Shown: piece after piece, positions 11,140 to 25,759 of the stretch
How positions within the stretch are numbered: position 1 is the stretch's first letter
How the letters are laid out: the number at the start of each line of letters is the position of its first letter
Assembly (NCBI GenBank): GCA_051294375.1
Contig: CM119263.1
Location: 8,974,278-9,038,257, forward strand
DNA length: 63,980 nucleotides
DNA from: Paraspadella gotoi
Lineage: Eukaryota > Animalia > Chaetognatha
Reading direction: 5' to 3'
Position numbers and translations under genes: made by a program
The notes under the pieces: generated by a model
What the model was told of the DNA's origin: nothing
Databases searched by the model: none
Seen by the model: the letters and a program-made list of their open reading frames with translations, nothing else

Positions 11140-14100
11140 ATGCCCGGCGAAACTCAGACATCTTCACAGGGAATAAACTCTACGAGAAGACCATCTTCAA
11201 ACCCAAGGTAAAAAAACTACATAGACACACGCATGCACAAATATTAACAATAAATTAGCAAAATTTATACGTACGGAAAAGTTTCATTGAGGGTTATACC
11301 AATTTCACAATATTGTAATCAAGGTCGTCGTCGCAAAAGAGTTGGGACCCTCTGGCTTCAGATCTCGACGAAGCGTTGGATGGAGACCTCGCCCCGAAAG
11401 CCGCGCAGTGGGAGCACGAGGATTTGGCCCAAGTCAGGGTCAAGGTCTTCAGAGGTCGGTCGGTTGGTCGCGAAAACGGCACTCTTTTCCGAGAGTGCCC
11501 CCTTTTCTGTTTGTTTTTCCTAACCTGTAACCTAATCTTTACTTTAATTGCGAATTTAAAATAAAATGGGGCGTTCTGGAAAAAAAGGCCGAAAAGGGGG
11601 TTTTAGTCTTTTGTTTTTAAAAACTGTCGGGTTTTTTTTTTTTCAAAACAAAAGGTCACACGGAGGGCGTTCTCAGCGTCGAGTTTTTCAGAAACGACAC
11701 GAAAATAATTTCCGGAGGAAAGGACAAAACCGTCAGAGTTTGGGACAAAGACGTCGGTACGGAAGACAAAGTCTATACGGGTAAAAAACGTAACGACGAT
11801 CACATCTGCTGCGAGTGAGTCACTCAGTCGTTTACTCGTGATTTACTCTATCGGTTAACGTCTAGGTCACACAGGATTTGTGTCAGCGGTGACGGTCTGT
11901 CCTCAATCAAACGACACTCAGTTCGTCACCTCCGGCTGGGATAAGTCCGTCGTCAAGGTAAAATATTTTTGTTTTAATATTTTTGTTGTAATATTTCTGT
12001 GAATTTTACGTATGTTCCTATTATTTTATTATTTAAATTAGTAGAGATGTAGTGAAGCAAGAAAGTTATGAAAGTTAAAACAAGGTAGTGAATATCAACC
12101 CCAAAAAATACACGTTAAAGTATGAATTAGTTTTGGTAAGACTTATCTCCCTTACCATGTCTTCATTTTTTAATGTCATTATTTTTTTTCTCCCCTTCCA
12201 GTGGGACCTGGAGACAGGGAAGATCCTGTGGAAGGGTCTTCACGACGGTTTGGTCACGAAGCATCATCAGTCGGCGGATGGAAAGTTCGTCGTCAGCGTT
12301 TCTGATCTCGATCACGCCGTCAAAGTGTGGGATTCCAAAACAGGTTGGGCTTGATCAATTTTGTATAATTCTCCGTACTATTTATCGTGCCAGCTTTTTC
12401 ATATNNNNNNNNNNTTGGTTCTAAAGTGATTAACCGCGAATTTTCGTCGATTCGCAGGTGACTGCGTCCATCACATCACCGACCTCCACTCTCGCACCAT
12501 CACCAGCTGCAGATGGGCGCCGTCCAACGACAAATTCGCCACCGCCTCCATGGATCACACTTGCAAATTTTGGGACATGGTCTCTTGCCAAAACACCCTC
12601 ACTTTGAATAGGTTCTAAAGCGTTGTCGACAACGTCGCAAGTTTATGATTTACCTTTAACTTTATTTAACCTTTTTCAACTCGACTCCTAAAATAATAAA
12701 TTATGTACTGATTAATATTCTTTTCTTGTCAGTCACGGTAATGCGGTGTCCGACTGCGACATCACGGAAGATCAAAGAAGGTGGGGTTTTTTTTCGTACC
12801 CTGATGACATGGATGAAGCCAGCGAGCTAAGAATTATTTATATTTTTCTTTTTCTTGGGGGGGGGGTAGATTTGTCACTTGTTCTTGGGACAAAACAATC
12901 GCGATATGGGACATTTCAACTGGGATGTATAGGTGAGCGCTATTGATTGAATAATCGCTTGATTGTTTTTATTAAACCATTAATTGCTACACATTATTTA
13001 CAGATCCGAGGGTCCGGTCGTGTTAGATCGGGCACACGATGGCTGCGTATCGAGCGTCGCCTTTAATTCTTCGGGAAATCTGCTCATCTCCGGTAAAAAA
13101 AAAACAAGAGAAAGTTTTAAATAAAATATTATGAAGTTGATTATTAGAGCGTAGTGAAAGTTACATACGAAAAATCTAAATGTCAATTATGAACAATATA
13201 CCATCAGTGAACATTAATTTGTAAAAAAATGTTGTTCTTCAATTTTCGCAGTAGGCTCTATTTATATATAGTACTATCCTTATAAAATCGAAAAATTTCA
13301 AAATAGGCTTCCAAATTTGCAAAACAATCTTACAAAAACTATTTTGAAATTTTTAATATTCATTATATTAGTACTAGTATAAATAGGGCCTACTGCGTAA
13401 ATTGTAAAATTTAATATAAAATATTTTATACATAAATGTTCATTAGTATAATGTTGTTCGTTCCTCACTTTTAGAATTATAATTAAAGTTAAATTTAGAG
13501 ATTTTACTACGCTTTATTGATGATTATATTTATTCATCGACGTTACAGGTGCGTACGACTGTAACGTCAGTATGTGGGACGTCGACAACGCGGTGAAGAA
13601 AATCTGCTTGAAAGGTAACGATCTTAAAGTTTTACCTTTTTGGTCTCAGCTCTAAATACAGATATGAAAAAAGTATGATGTTCATTTGTTTTCATTCCTA
13701 GGCCACATCGATTGGGTCAACGATTCCAAACTCTCTTCAGACGTGGAGTGGGCGCTCTCCTGCTCAGAGGACAAAACGGTATATGAAACTAGATTTTTAG
13801 ATGTGTACAACTAAGATTGGATTATTTGGTTTTTATCAATCGTTCATTTAATAATTTCTTCATTCTTTAAGTCAAGAATTCATTCGTTCGTTCAATTTAT
13901 TCATTCATTCAGTCAATAATTCATTTAGGAATTCATTCATTTATGTATTATTCTCGCATTCATTTTTTCAATCACACATTCTCCCCCCCTTTCAGATCCG
14001 TCTCTGGTACGTGGCCGGCGGGGACTCCATCCCGATGGCCTTCGAGAACCGACGCAACCTCGGAGTCGAAGTCGTCAACTGCCAGGAATGCGGCAAACCC

Positions 14101-14208
14101 TTTTCGATCGCCCATGCCGACGACCCTTCCGCCATGTCCATGTGCGTCTTTTGTCGTCTGCAGCAATCGTCAAGGGTCTCGTCGAGAAGCAAGGACATGT
14201 CCAGATGA
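11140..14208 (+). CDS. WDR88: WD40-repeat protein, WDR88-like (12 exons: 11140-11207, 11324-11454, 11655-11780, 11866-11957, 12202-12343, 12458-12611, 12733-12780, 12870-12932, 13004-13092, 13549-13614, 13702-13778, 13996-14208)
   Basis: Seven GH...WD-type repeats (GHTEGV..VRVWD, GHTGFV..SGWDKSVVKWD, ..TASMDHTCKFWD, ..CSWDKTIAIWD, ..GAYDCNVSMWD, GHIDWV..), plus the C-terminal CQEC-x-PFS..CVFCR tail I recall as characteristic of WDR88. All introns are GT-AG and in phase. Confidence 0.88.
13145..13516. mobile_element. Foldback element / MITE in WDR88 intron 9
   Basis: Nested inverted matches: TAGAGCGTAGTGAAA/TTTTACTACGCTTTA at the ends, CGCAGTAGGCTCTATTTATA/TATAAATAGGGCCTACTGCG, and AAAAATTTCAAAATAG/CTATTTTGAAATTTTT. 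No coding capacity. Confidence 0.75.
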
Positions 14209-14614
14209 AACGCTAATGTCACGTGGACGAAAAGATGGATGTCGGACGAAAGTTAACGTTGGATTTCAAAGATACTGTGAATAGAATTCTGTCCCAGTTT
14301 TCGTAATTTCTGAACCAAAATTCAAGACAAAAGGACAAAGATGGGGAATAGACTGGTCTTGTCCCTAATTTTTTTGTTGGCTGGCATATTGGTTGGTCGA
14401 ATTAATTGGTTGTATCGTATGACAGGCAAACAACATCGTCAATATGTATTTTACTCACATTTATTCCGCTTTTTGCAAGCGCTTATTTTTCATTAATACA
14501 ATTTATTTCAACTTGTTATTTTTTTTTACAATTACACTCCGGACTTTCAAAACCTTTTTTACCTAGGACTTCCCTTATCATTAATATATTATCTACTTTT
14601 TTGCACCCCTGTTC

Positions 14615-14708
<94 letters not shown>

Positions 14709-15699
14709 CCATCTTTTTTTCCTCTCGGGACTCGAAAGCGAAATCGAAAGGAGGGTGTATATCGGAGGGGTTCAGGGACTGGATACTTGAAGGAAAGAGA
14801 CGAAGAAAAAATTTCGAAACCGAATATTCACGTAGTTTAAAATTTAATACAAAACCTTTTTTTTAAATATAATTCATAATTGAATCACATTTTGAAATGG
14901 CATTACCAAAAACTGAATTATGCGGCTGCAAATTTCTGGTTTCTGGTCATGTGACTGTCCAAGTACATTGAGAATAATGAATTTGTTTTTCGTCCACATG
15001 ATTTTGTCGAGAAAACAAAGGGGCAAGACTGGAGACGAAAAGAAAGGCAATAAAGGTTTCGAGGATCCCTTTTGGGAAAGGGGGGGGAGTAGGTGTCGGA
15101 AGTGTGGAAAAGGAATCGTTTTCATTTCTTTCCAGTTTTCTCTCTCCCTTTTTTTCTTCGAAGGATCAGCAACCGATTTTTCGACAAGTTTATAAATTCT
15201 CAAGCTGATTTCCCCTCAAGCAACATGTGTCGAATGGCCCAAGCCTAAGTTTGACGTCTCCCCGTGTGAGGAGACCAAATACTCGAGAAGGACATGTTTT
15301 TTATATTATAATTTTAATATTTATAAGTTTTACTCAAAAATAAGATAAAACGGGTTTTTATTTTAAAAAAACCGGACATGCTTAAACTAGAGACGAAACA
15401 TGTCCGTTGTTTGTAAACAAATCAACTTTGTTTTCTCTTATCAATAAACGCAACGAAAAGAAAGTCTTAAAACAAACTCAATAATAAAAGAATACAAAAA
15501 AAAAACGCGTTTAACACATACTAGAATGTACAAAATTGTACGTTGAACATTGAAATAAATCATTGTAGCCATGGGGTTCTTGCGTCCTTTCTTCGGAGGC
15601 CAAATTCCATCTTAAAGGTTTTTGTGTCGGAACCCGGCCTCGNNNNNNNNNNNNNNNNNNNNNNNNNAATGAGCGATGACGTGAGAATACGCGGCTGAC

Positions 15700-15866
15700 G
15701 AGAGAATTTATAGAGTTGCTGCCGCGAGGTAGATGCCCACTAAAAATATGTCTCGCTCGGAATTCTTTCTTAAACAAATAATATAAAAAAAGTAAGCAGA
15801 AGTAAAAAGGTTCGACTGATCGTTTCCGCTGAAAGAACGAGAAGCGCCGAATCGTCTGGCGCGAGT

Positions 15867-15911
<45 letters not shown>

Positions 15912-16018
15912 GGAAGTCTACCGTTAGATGATGCGATGAGGGGCGAAGACCGAGATTGAGATTGAGTAATGATGTAGGGAGGAGAGAGAGAGAGAGAGGA
16001 AGAGAGAGAGAGAGAAGA

Positions 16019-16065
<47 letters not shown>

Positions 16066-16530
16066 CATTGAAGAATACGGAGGGTCGTACTGGAACATCT
16101 TACGACTCTCAATCTCAATCCATAGATGACGGCGAAAATGACTCAAGGGTGAAAATCACTTATTTCTGACCCAGTTGATTTGTGTTCAACTTCTCATGTT
16201 TTGAGCGAATGTTTGATTCGCATTCTCAATGCTTTAACCTTGTTTTTCGTTCAATCTACATATTTTTAATGTGAGAAATTCATGTCAAGTTAACTTATTT
16301 CAAAACGGAATCTCTGGCTTCTAAAAAAAATTCTCACTTGGATCTTAAAACATTTCATCAGCGATAAAGTTCACTTTTTTTTTTTCAAATGAAAGTGAAA
16401 CTTTATTTTCTGTCACTTTTCCTCGAGTTTTTCGAGTTTCTGAAGTCTTTTCGTTTGTTCGACGTTTCTCTCCCACATCCCGAAAAAAAATCAAGACAGT
16501 TTTACCCACGGTCTCTCCTCTCTCCTTCTC

Positions 16531-16611
<81 letters not shown>

Positions 16612-18444
16612 CCTCTTTCTTATCTCAAATCGATGAATAGTACAAGAAATATGTGTCATAAAAAGTTTATACGGTTTACTGCTATGTTTACAGACTAGCG
16701 ATGGTAAAACATTTATTACTTTATAAGTTTTTAACTAATGTATCTTGTAGATTATTTGCTTTAGATATTCAAGGAATATAAAATTTCTTCCACTCAGAAT
16801 AGTCACGATTTCCTCCTCAACAAAAAAATAAAAAACCATCCTCTTAAAGATCACAAATCTTCATTCGACGTATTTTTTTAAAAAAACGCAAAAACCTCGA
16901 AAATCTTTATTTGTTTATTTCATCTCATTTTTTTCTTTCTATTTTTTTTTCTGATCCCCGACTCGATTCCGCCTGGGGTCATCTTTTCGAGACTCGTTTA
17001 AATCTTTTGCCAACGAAAAGATTTTCGCCCGTCGCTCCAACGCCCCGCTCCTTTCTTGCTCCAAGCTAACGTTTCTTATTCAATAACATAAGATTGTTTT
17101 CTCAAACATAAGCTCCACTGCGTCGCTTTGATGTTTCTCAATGACGATGAGAACTTATCTTTCTAATTTTTCCCCTCTCCTTAACATTCACAGCTTTCAG
17201 TTGTTGCTCTAAAATGACCAACGGAATTCACGTGGTTTTTTAAACGTCATCCCTTTTCACATCTCTTTACCTCAATAATATAAATATAATAAAATGTATG
17301 AATATATACTTTATATATATATATTATAAGTCAAATTTATTGTATTGAATTTTAATGACATTTATTCTCATGCTTTATTCTAATTTTCTTTCACCCATTT
17401 TGGTTGTTTATCCTCTTTTTTAAAAAATAAGTTTTTCTTTTACTTCTTTCCTCCTCTTTCTTCGACCCTCAACCTCTCTGCAGCCCCCCCCTACCCTCCT
17501 CAAAAAAACTTCTTCCCTTTTATTAATGCTTCGTTCTTTTTTGCTTCGGTGGGAAAGCCTCCAGAAATAGATAAGCGGGCAAAGGGCATAAATACAGGGA
17601 AAGGAAGTAAAAAGAAAAACTTATTTTTTAAAAAAAAGGGATAAACAACCAAAATGGGTGAAAGAAAATTTAGAATAAAGCATGAGAATAAATGTCATAA
17701 AATGTCAATACAATAAATTTGACTTATAAATATATATATATAAAGTATATATTCATACAATTTTATATATTTATATTATTGAGGTAAAGAGATGTGAAAA
17801 GGGATGAACGTAAAAAACCACGTGAATTCCGTTGGTCATTTTTAGAGCAACAACTGAAAGCTGTGAATGTTAAGGAGAGGGGAAAAAATTAGAAGATAAG
17901 TTCTCATCGTCATTGAGAAACATCGAGCGACGCAGTGGAGCTTATGTTTGAGAAAACAAATCTTATGTTATGAATAAGAAACGTTAGCGTTGGAGCAAGA
18001 AAGGAGCGGGGCGTTGGAGCGACGGGCGAAAATCTTTTCGTTGGCAAAAGATTTAACGAGTCTCGAAAAGATGACCCCAGGCGGAATCGAGTCGGGGATC
18101 AGAAAAAAAAAATAGCATAAAAAAAATGAGATGAAATAAACAAATAAAGATTTTCGAGGTTTTTGCGTTTTTTTAAAATAAATACGTCGAATGAAGATTG
18201 TGATCTTTAAGAGGATGGTTTTTTATTTTTTTGTGAGGAGGAAATCGTGACTATTCTGAGTGGAAGAAATCTTTATCATTCCTTGAATATCTAAAGCAAA
18301 TAATCTACAAAGATACCATTAGTTAAAAACTTATAAAGTAATAAATGTTTTACCATCGCTAGTACTGTAAACATAGCAGTAAACCGTAAAACTTTTTTAT
18401 GACACATATTTCTTGTACTATTCATCGATTTTGAGATAAGAAAG

Positions 18445-18508
<64 letters not shown>

Positions 18509-19320
18509 GAGAGAGGAGAGAGAGAGAGAGAGAGAGGAGAGACCGTGGGTAAAACTGTCTTGATTTTTTTTCTTCGGGATGGGGAGAGAAACGTCGAACA
18601 AACGAAAAGACTTCAGAAACTCGAAAAAACTCGAGAAAAGTGACAGAAAATAAAGTTTCACTTTCATTTGAAAAAAAAAAAAAGTGAACTTTGATCGCTG
18701 ATGAAATGTTTTAAGATCCAAGTGAGAATTTTTTTTAGAAGCCAGAGATTCCGTTTTGAAATAAGTTAACTTGACATGAATTTCTCACATTAAAAATATG
18801 TAGATTGAACGAAAAACAAGGTTAAAGCATTTGAGAATTGCGAATCAAACATTCGCTCAAAACATGAGAAGTTTGAGAACACAATCAACTGGGGTCAGAA
18901 ATAAGTGATTTTCACCCTTGAGTCATTTTCGCCGTCATCTATGGATTGAGATTGAGAGTCGTAAGATGTTCCAGTACGACCCTCCGTATTCTTCAATGGA
19001 CTCTCTCTCTCTCTCTCTCTCTCTCTGCTTCTCCTTCTCTCCTCTCTCTCTCTCTCCTCTCTCTTTCCTTCTCTCTCTCTCTCTCTCTTCCCTACATCAT
19101 TACTCAATCTCAATCTCGGTCTTCGCCCCTCATCGCATCATCTAACGGTAGACTTCCATCTCTCTCTCTCTTTCACTCGCGCCAGACGATTTCGGCGCTT
19201 CTCGTTCTTTCAGCGGAAACGATCAGTTCGACCTTTTTACTTCTGCTTATCTTTTTATATTATTTGTTAAGAAAGAATTCCGAGCGAGACTATTTTTAGT
19301 GGGCATCTACTCGCGGAGCA
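15700..19320. repeat. Imperfect ~1.75-kb-arm inverted duplication (15700-17450 vs 17600-19320); probable gap-fill artefact
   Basis: The arms are reverse complements with scattered 1-bp indels. The region begins just after a 25-N gap (15643-15667), and the left arm also matches the reverse complement of 22905-24830. Confidence 0.85.
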
Positions 19321-19882
19321 ACTCTATAAGTCACTTTTCGGTAAATCTGTCCGTCGGTCTGTCCCACTTACGTTAAAAACGCTTATTAATTGCCTATAGT
19401 TTGTTGTTCATTTGTTAAAAATCAAATCTAAGCGACTACTGGTGCCGCCTTTTGACATGATAAGTAAAAAGAAAAGTAATGCGGCGCAACACCTTGTTTC
19501 TCTCTCTTTCTTTTCCCGTGGAAGGAAAGGTCGAGAAGATCGTTGTTGTCTTCGTCTCCTTCGTCCTCATTGTATTGTTGTCGACGTCGTCGTCTTCGTC
19601 GTCGTATTTGTGGTTGTTGTCGTCTGGTATTTGACGTTGTCGTAGTTATTGTTGTCGTCGCTGTCGTCGCTTTCGATAAACCATATCACGTTCGCATTCG
19701 CGTCCCGATATTTCGATTCCAAAAAAATACAATAGAGGTCAGAGTCGAGAAAACATCTCGTCCCCGCGCCCACCGCTTATGCCGCCGCGAGATCCAAATA
19801 TAAAACAATAAAAACAAAAGAACAAAAAGATTGAGATGTTGTTTTGTTTGTTTTCGTTTCATCGCCGACTTTAAGCGTAAGG

Positions 19883-21881
19883 CGGTTGTCGACAACGTTC
19901 GCAAGTTTTAGATCTTACCTTATATTTAACTTTATAACCTTTCTTCAACTCGACTTCCTAAATTAATAATTATTGTACTGAATTAATATTCTTTTCTTGT
20001 TCCAGTCAGGTAATGCGGTGTCCGACTGCGACATCACGGAAGATCAAAGAAGGTGGTTTTTTATTCTACCCTTGATTGACATGGATGAAGCCAGCGTAGC
20101 TAGAATTTATTATTATTTTTTCTTTTTTGGGGGGGGGTAGATTTGTCACTTGTTCTTGGGACAAAACAATCGCGATATGGGACATTTCAAACTGGGATGT
20201 ATAGCGTGAGCGCTATTGATTGAAACGTGATGTTTTTTATAAACATAATTGCTACACATTATTTACAGATCGAGGGTCCGGTCTGTAGATCGGCCACGAT
20301 GGCTGCGTATCGAGCGGCCTTTAATTCTCGGGAATCTGCTCATTCCGGTAAAAAAAAACAAGAGAAAGTTTTAATAAAATTATTATGAAGTTGATTATTA
20401 GAGCGTAGTGAAAGTTACATAGGAAAATCTAAATGTCAATTATGAACAATATTACCATCAGTGAACATTAATTTGTAAAAAAATATTTATGTTCTTACAT
20501 TTTCGCGCAGTAGGCTCTATATTTATATTAAGTACTATCCTGATGAAAATCGAAAAATTTCAAAATAGGCTTCCAAATCTGCAAACAAGCTCTTACAAAA
20601 ACTATTTTGAAATTTTAATATTCATTATATTATTACAGTATAAATAGGCCTACTTGCGTGTAAAACTTGTATAAATTATATTAAAATATTTTATTACAAG
20701 AAATGTTCCATTAGTTATAATGTTGTTCGTTCCTCCTTTAGAATTATAATTAAAGTTAAATTAGAGTTTTACTACGCTTTATGTCGATTATTATATTATC
20801 ATCGACGTTACAGGTGGCGACGACTGTAACGTCAGTATGTTGGGGACGGTCGACAACGCGGTGAAGAAAATCTGCTTGAAAGGGTAACGTCTAAAGTTTT
20901 ACCTTTTTTCTCACTCAAATACAGATATGAAAAAAGTATGATGTTCATTTGTTTCATTCTAGGCCACATCGATTGGGTCAACGATTCCAAACTCTTCTTC
21001 AGACGTTTGGAGTGGCCTCTCCTGTTCAGCAGGACAAAACGGTATATGAAACTAGATTTTTAGATGTGATACAACTAGATTGATTATGTTTTACTCAATC
21101 TTCAATATTAATTTCATCATTTTAAGTCAAGAATCATTTCGTTCGTTCATTTATTCATTCATTCAGTCAATCAATATCATTCTTGACATTCATTTAGATA
21201 TTCATTCCATTCTATGTTTTTTCGCCATCACACATTTCTCCCCCCCTTTCAGATCCGTCTCTGGTACGTGGCGGCGGGGGACTCCATCCGATGGCCTTCG
21301 TGAAACGACCGCACCTCGGAGTCTATATTTCGTTCAACTTGCCAGGAATGCGGCAAACCCTTTTCGATCGCCCCATGCCGACGACCCTTCCGCCCATGTC
21401 CATGTGCGTCTTTTGTCGTCTGCAGCAATCGTCAGGGTCTCGTACGAGAAGCAAGGACATGTCCAGATTGAAACGCTAATTTACTACGAAAAGATGGATG
21501 TTCGGACAAAGTTAACGTGGATTTCAAAGATGTACTGTGCAATAGAATTCTGTCTCCAGTTTTCTAATTTCTGAACCAAAATTCAAGGACAAAAGGACAA
21601 AAGATGGGGATTAGACTGGTCTTGTCCCTAAATTTTTTGTTGGCTGGCATATTGGTTTGGTCGAATTAATTGTTGTATCGATGACAGGCAAACAAATCGT
21701 CAATATGTATTTTTACTCACACTTTATTCCGCTTTTTGCAAAGCGCTTATATTTTCATTATACAATTTTACTTTCAACTTTGTTATTTTTTTTTAACAAT
21801 TACATCCAGACTTTCAAACCTTTTTACCTAGGACTTCCCTTATCATTAAATTCATTATCTCCTTTTTTGCACCCCTGTTTC

Positions 21882-21970
<89 letters not shown>

Positions 21971-22904
21971 TCCATTTTTTTTTTCCTCTCGGGACTCAAA
22001 GCGAAATCGAAAGAGGGGTGTATATCGGAGAGGGTCAGGGACTGGATACTGAAGGAAAGAGACGCAAGAAAATTTCGAAACAATATTCACGTAGTTAAAA
22101 TTTAATAACAAAACCTTTTTTTAATATAATTCATAATTGAATCACATTTTTGAAAGTGGCCATTTACCAAAAAACTGAATTATGCGGCTGCAAAGTTTCT
22201 GGTTTCTGGTCATTAATGTGACTGTCCAAGTACATTGAGAATTAATGAATTTGTTTTTTCGTCCACATGATTTTTCGAGAAAACAAAGGGGCAAGACTGG
22301 AGACGAAAAGAAGGCAATAAAGGTTTCGAGGATCCCTTTGGGAAAGGGGGGGGGAGTTGGGTGTCGGAAGTGTGGAAAAGAATCGTTTTCATTTCTTCCA
22401 GTTTTCTCTCTCCCTTTTTTTCTTCGAAGGATCACAAACGATTTTTCGACAAGTTTATAAATTCTCAAGCTGAGTTTCCCCTCAAGCAACATGTGTCGAA
22501 TGGCCCAAGCGCTAGTTTGAGTCTCCCCGTGTGAGAGACCAAACTCGAGAAGGACATGTTTTTTATATATAATTTTAATATTTATAGGTTTTACTCAAAA
22601 TAAGATAAAACGAGTTGTTTTTATTTTAAAAAAACCGGACATGCTTAAACTAGAGACGAAACATTGTCCGTTGTTTGTAAACAAATCAACTTTGTTTCTC
22701 TTATCAATAAAACGCAACGAAAGAAGTCTTAAAACAAACTCAATAATAAAGAATTACAAAAAAAAAACGCGTTTAACACATACATAGATGCTACAAAATT
22801 GTACGTTGAACATTGAAATAAATCATTGTAGCCATGGGGTTCCTTGCGTCCTTCTTCGGAGGCCAATTCCATCTTGAAGGTTTTTGTGTCGGAACCCGGC
22901 CTCG
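19883..22904 (+). other. Indel-riddled direct copy of 12617-15642 (WDR88 exons 7-12 plus 3' flank); probable unpolished long-read insert
   Basis: Colinear with the intact locus, including introns and the MITE. It differs mostly by single-base indels that break the exons. Confidence 0.85.
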
Positions 22905-24495
22905 CTGTATTAGTGCCCTTTGCCCGCTATCTATTTCTGGAGGCTTTCCCACCGAAGCAAAAAAGAACGAAGCATTATTAAAGGAAGAGAAGTTTTTTTG
23001 AGGAGGGGTAGGGGGGGGCTGCAGAGAGGTTGAGGGCGAAGAAAGAGGGGTAAAGAAGTAAAAGAAAAACTTATTTTAAAAAAGGATAAACAACCAAAAT
23101 GGGTGAAAGAAATTTAGAATAAAGCATGAGAATAAATGTCATAAAATTCAATACAATAATTTGAACTTATAAATATATAATATAAAAGTATTATATTCAT
23201 ACATTTTATATATTTATATTATTGAGGTAAAGAGATGTGAAAAGGGATGAACGTAAAAAACCACGTTGAATTCCGTTGGTCATTTTTATGAGCAACAACT
23301 GAAAGCTGTGAATGTTAAGGAGGAGGGCGAAAAATTAGAAGATAAGTTCTCCATCGTCATGAGAAACATCGAGGCGGACGCAAGTGGAGCTTAGTTTTGA
23401 GAAAACAATCTTAGTATGTGAATAAGAAACGTTAGCATGAGCAAAAAGACGCGGGGCGTTGGAGCGACGTGGCGAAAATCTTTTCGTTGCAAAAGATTTT
23501 ACGAGTTCTCGAAAAGATGACCCCAGGCGGAATCGTAGTCGGGGATCAGAAAAAAAAATGCATAAAAAAAATAGAGAAATAAAAAATAAAAGATTATTCA
23601 GTTTTTGCGTTTTTTTAAAATAAATACGTCGAATGAAGATTGTTGATCTTTAAGAGGATGGTTTTTTTTATTTTTTTGTTGAGGAGGAAATCGTGACTAT
23701 TCTGAGTGGAAGAAAATCTTTATATTCCTTGAATATCTTAAAGAAAATAATCTACTAAGTATATTACGTTAAAACCCCTATAAAGTAATAAATGTTTTAC
23801 CATCGCTAGTATCTGCTAACATGCAGTAACCTGTAAACTTTTTATGACACATATGTTTGTACTATTCATCGGATTTTGATAAGAAAGGAAGAGAGAAAGG
23901 CGAGAGAGAAGAGAGAGAGGAGAGAGAGAGAGAGAGAGAGAGAAGAGAGAGAGATGAGAGAGAGAGAGAGATGAAGAGAGATGAGAGAGGAGAGACCGTG
24001 GGTAAAACTGTCTTGATTTTTTTTGTCGGGATGTGGGTGAGAGAAACGTTCCGAACAAACGAAAAGACTTCAGAAACTCGAAAAACTCGAGGAATAGTGA
24101 CAGGAAAATAAAGTTTCACTTTCATTTGAAAAAAAAAAAAAGTGAACCTTTGATCGCGATGAAATGTTTTAAGATCCAAGTGAGAATTTTGTTTAGAAGC
24201 CAGAGATTCAGTTTTGAAATAAGTTAACTTGACATGAATTTCTCACATTAAAAATTATGTGAGGATATGAACTAAAACCAAAGGCTTAAAGGCATTGAGA
24301 AAGCGAATCAAACATTCGCTCAAACATGAGATAGTTTGAAGAACACAATCAACTGGGTCAGAAAATAAGTGATATTTTTCAACCTGATGTCCATTTTCGT
24401 GCCGTCATCTTATGGATTGAAGTATTTGAGAGTCGTAAGATGTTCCAGTACGACCCTCCGATATCTTCATGGACTCTCTCTTCGTTCCTTTCTCT

Positions 24496-24529
<34 letters not shown>

Positions 24530-24627
24530 CTTCTTCTCTCTTCTTCTCCTCTCTCTCTCTCTCTTCCTACACATTACCAATCTCAATCTCGGTCTTCGCC
24601 CCTCATCGCATCATTCAACGGTAGACT

Positions 24628-24679
<52 letters not shown>

Positions 24680-25373
24680 ACTCGCGCCAGACGATTTCGG
24701 CGGCTTCTCGTTCTTTCAGCGGAAACGATCAGTTCGACCTTTTACTTCTGCTTATCTTTTTATATTATTTGTTTAAGAAAGAATTCCGAGCGAGATATTT
24801 TATGGGCATCTACTCGCGGACAACTCTATAAGTCACTTTTCGGTAAATCTGTCGTCGTCTGTCCCACTTACGTTAAAAACGCTTATAATTGCCTATAGTT
24901 TGTTGTCATTTTTTAAAAATCAAATCTAAGCGACTACTGGTGCCGCCTTTGACATGATAAGTAAAAGAAAAGTAATGCGGCGCACACACCTTGTTTCTCT
25001 CTCTTTCTTTCTCCGTGGAAGGAAAAGTCAGAAGATCTTGTTGTCTTCGTCTCCTTCGTCCTCATTGTATGTTGTCGACGTCGTCGTCTTCGTCGTCGTA
25101 TTTGTGGTTGTTGTCGTCTGGTATTTGACGTTGTCGTAGTTATTGTTGTCGTCGCTGTCGTCGCTTTCGATAAACCATATCACGTTCGCATTCGCGTCCG
25201 ATATTTCGATTCCAAAAAAATACAATAGAGGTCAGAGTCGAGAAAACACTCGGTCCCGCGCCCACCGCTTATGCCGCCGCGAGATCCAAATATAAAACAA
25301 TAAAAACAAAGAACAAAGGATTGAGATGTTGTTTTGTTTGTTTCGTTTCATCGCCGACTTTAAGCGTAAGGCG
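22905..25373 (+). repeat. Noisy direct copy of about 17600-19882 (and inverted copy of 15700-17596)
   Basis: Shared unique text such as CCCCAGGCGGAATCG and CCAGTACGACCCTCCG, with dense indels. Confidence 0.85.
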
Positions 25374-25676
25374 ACCTTGAATTCTGGATGAATGGAAATA
25401 TTGGGAGAAGAAAGGGGGGAGGGAGGGAGGAGGAGGAGGGAGGGAGGGAGGGAGAGAGGAGAGAGGAGAGAGAAGAGAGAGAGAGAGAAGAAGAGAGAGA
25501 GAGAGAGAGACGAGAGAGAGAAGAGGAGAGAGAGAGAGAGATGTTGGCACCGCGATGAAACTCAGGGTCNNNNNNNNNNNNNNNNNNNNNNNNNCGTATG
25601 CCTTGAAAATTCTGGTATGAATGGAATATTGGGAGAAGAAAGGGGAGAGGAGGAGGAGGAGGAGGCGAGGAGGAGA

Positions 25677-25714
<38 letters not shown>

Positions 25715-25720
25715 AGAGAG

Positions 25721-25759
<39 letters not shown>

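Noticed and set aside
19540-19800. Possible coding exon with Asp/Thr-rich translation (DDSDDNNN..TTTTT)
   Set aside because: It is driven by (GTC/GTT)n triplet repeats. No consistent frame, splice sites or homology are recognisable.
19883-21480. WDR88 pseudogene
   Set aside because: The indel-dominated error profile across exons and introns alike fits an unpolished read, not evolutionary decay.
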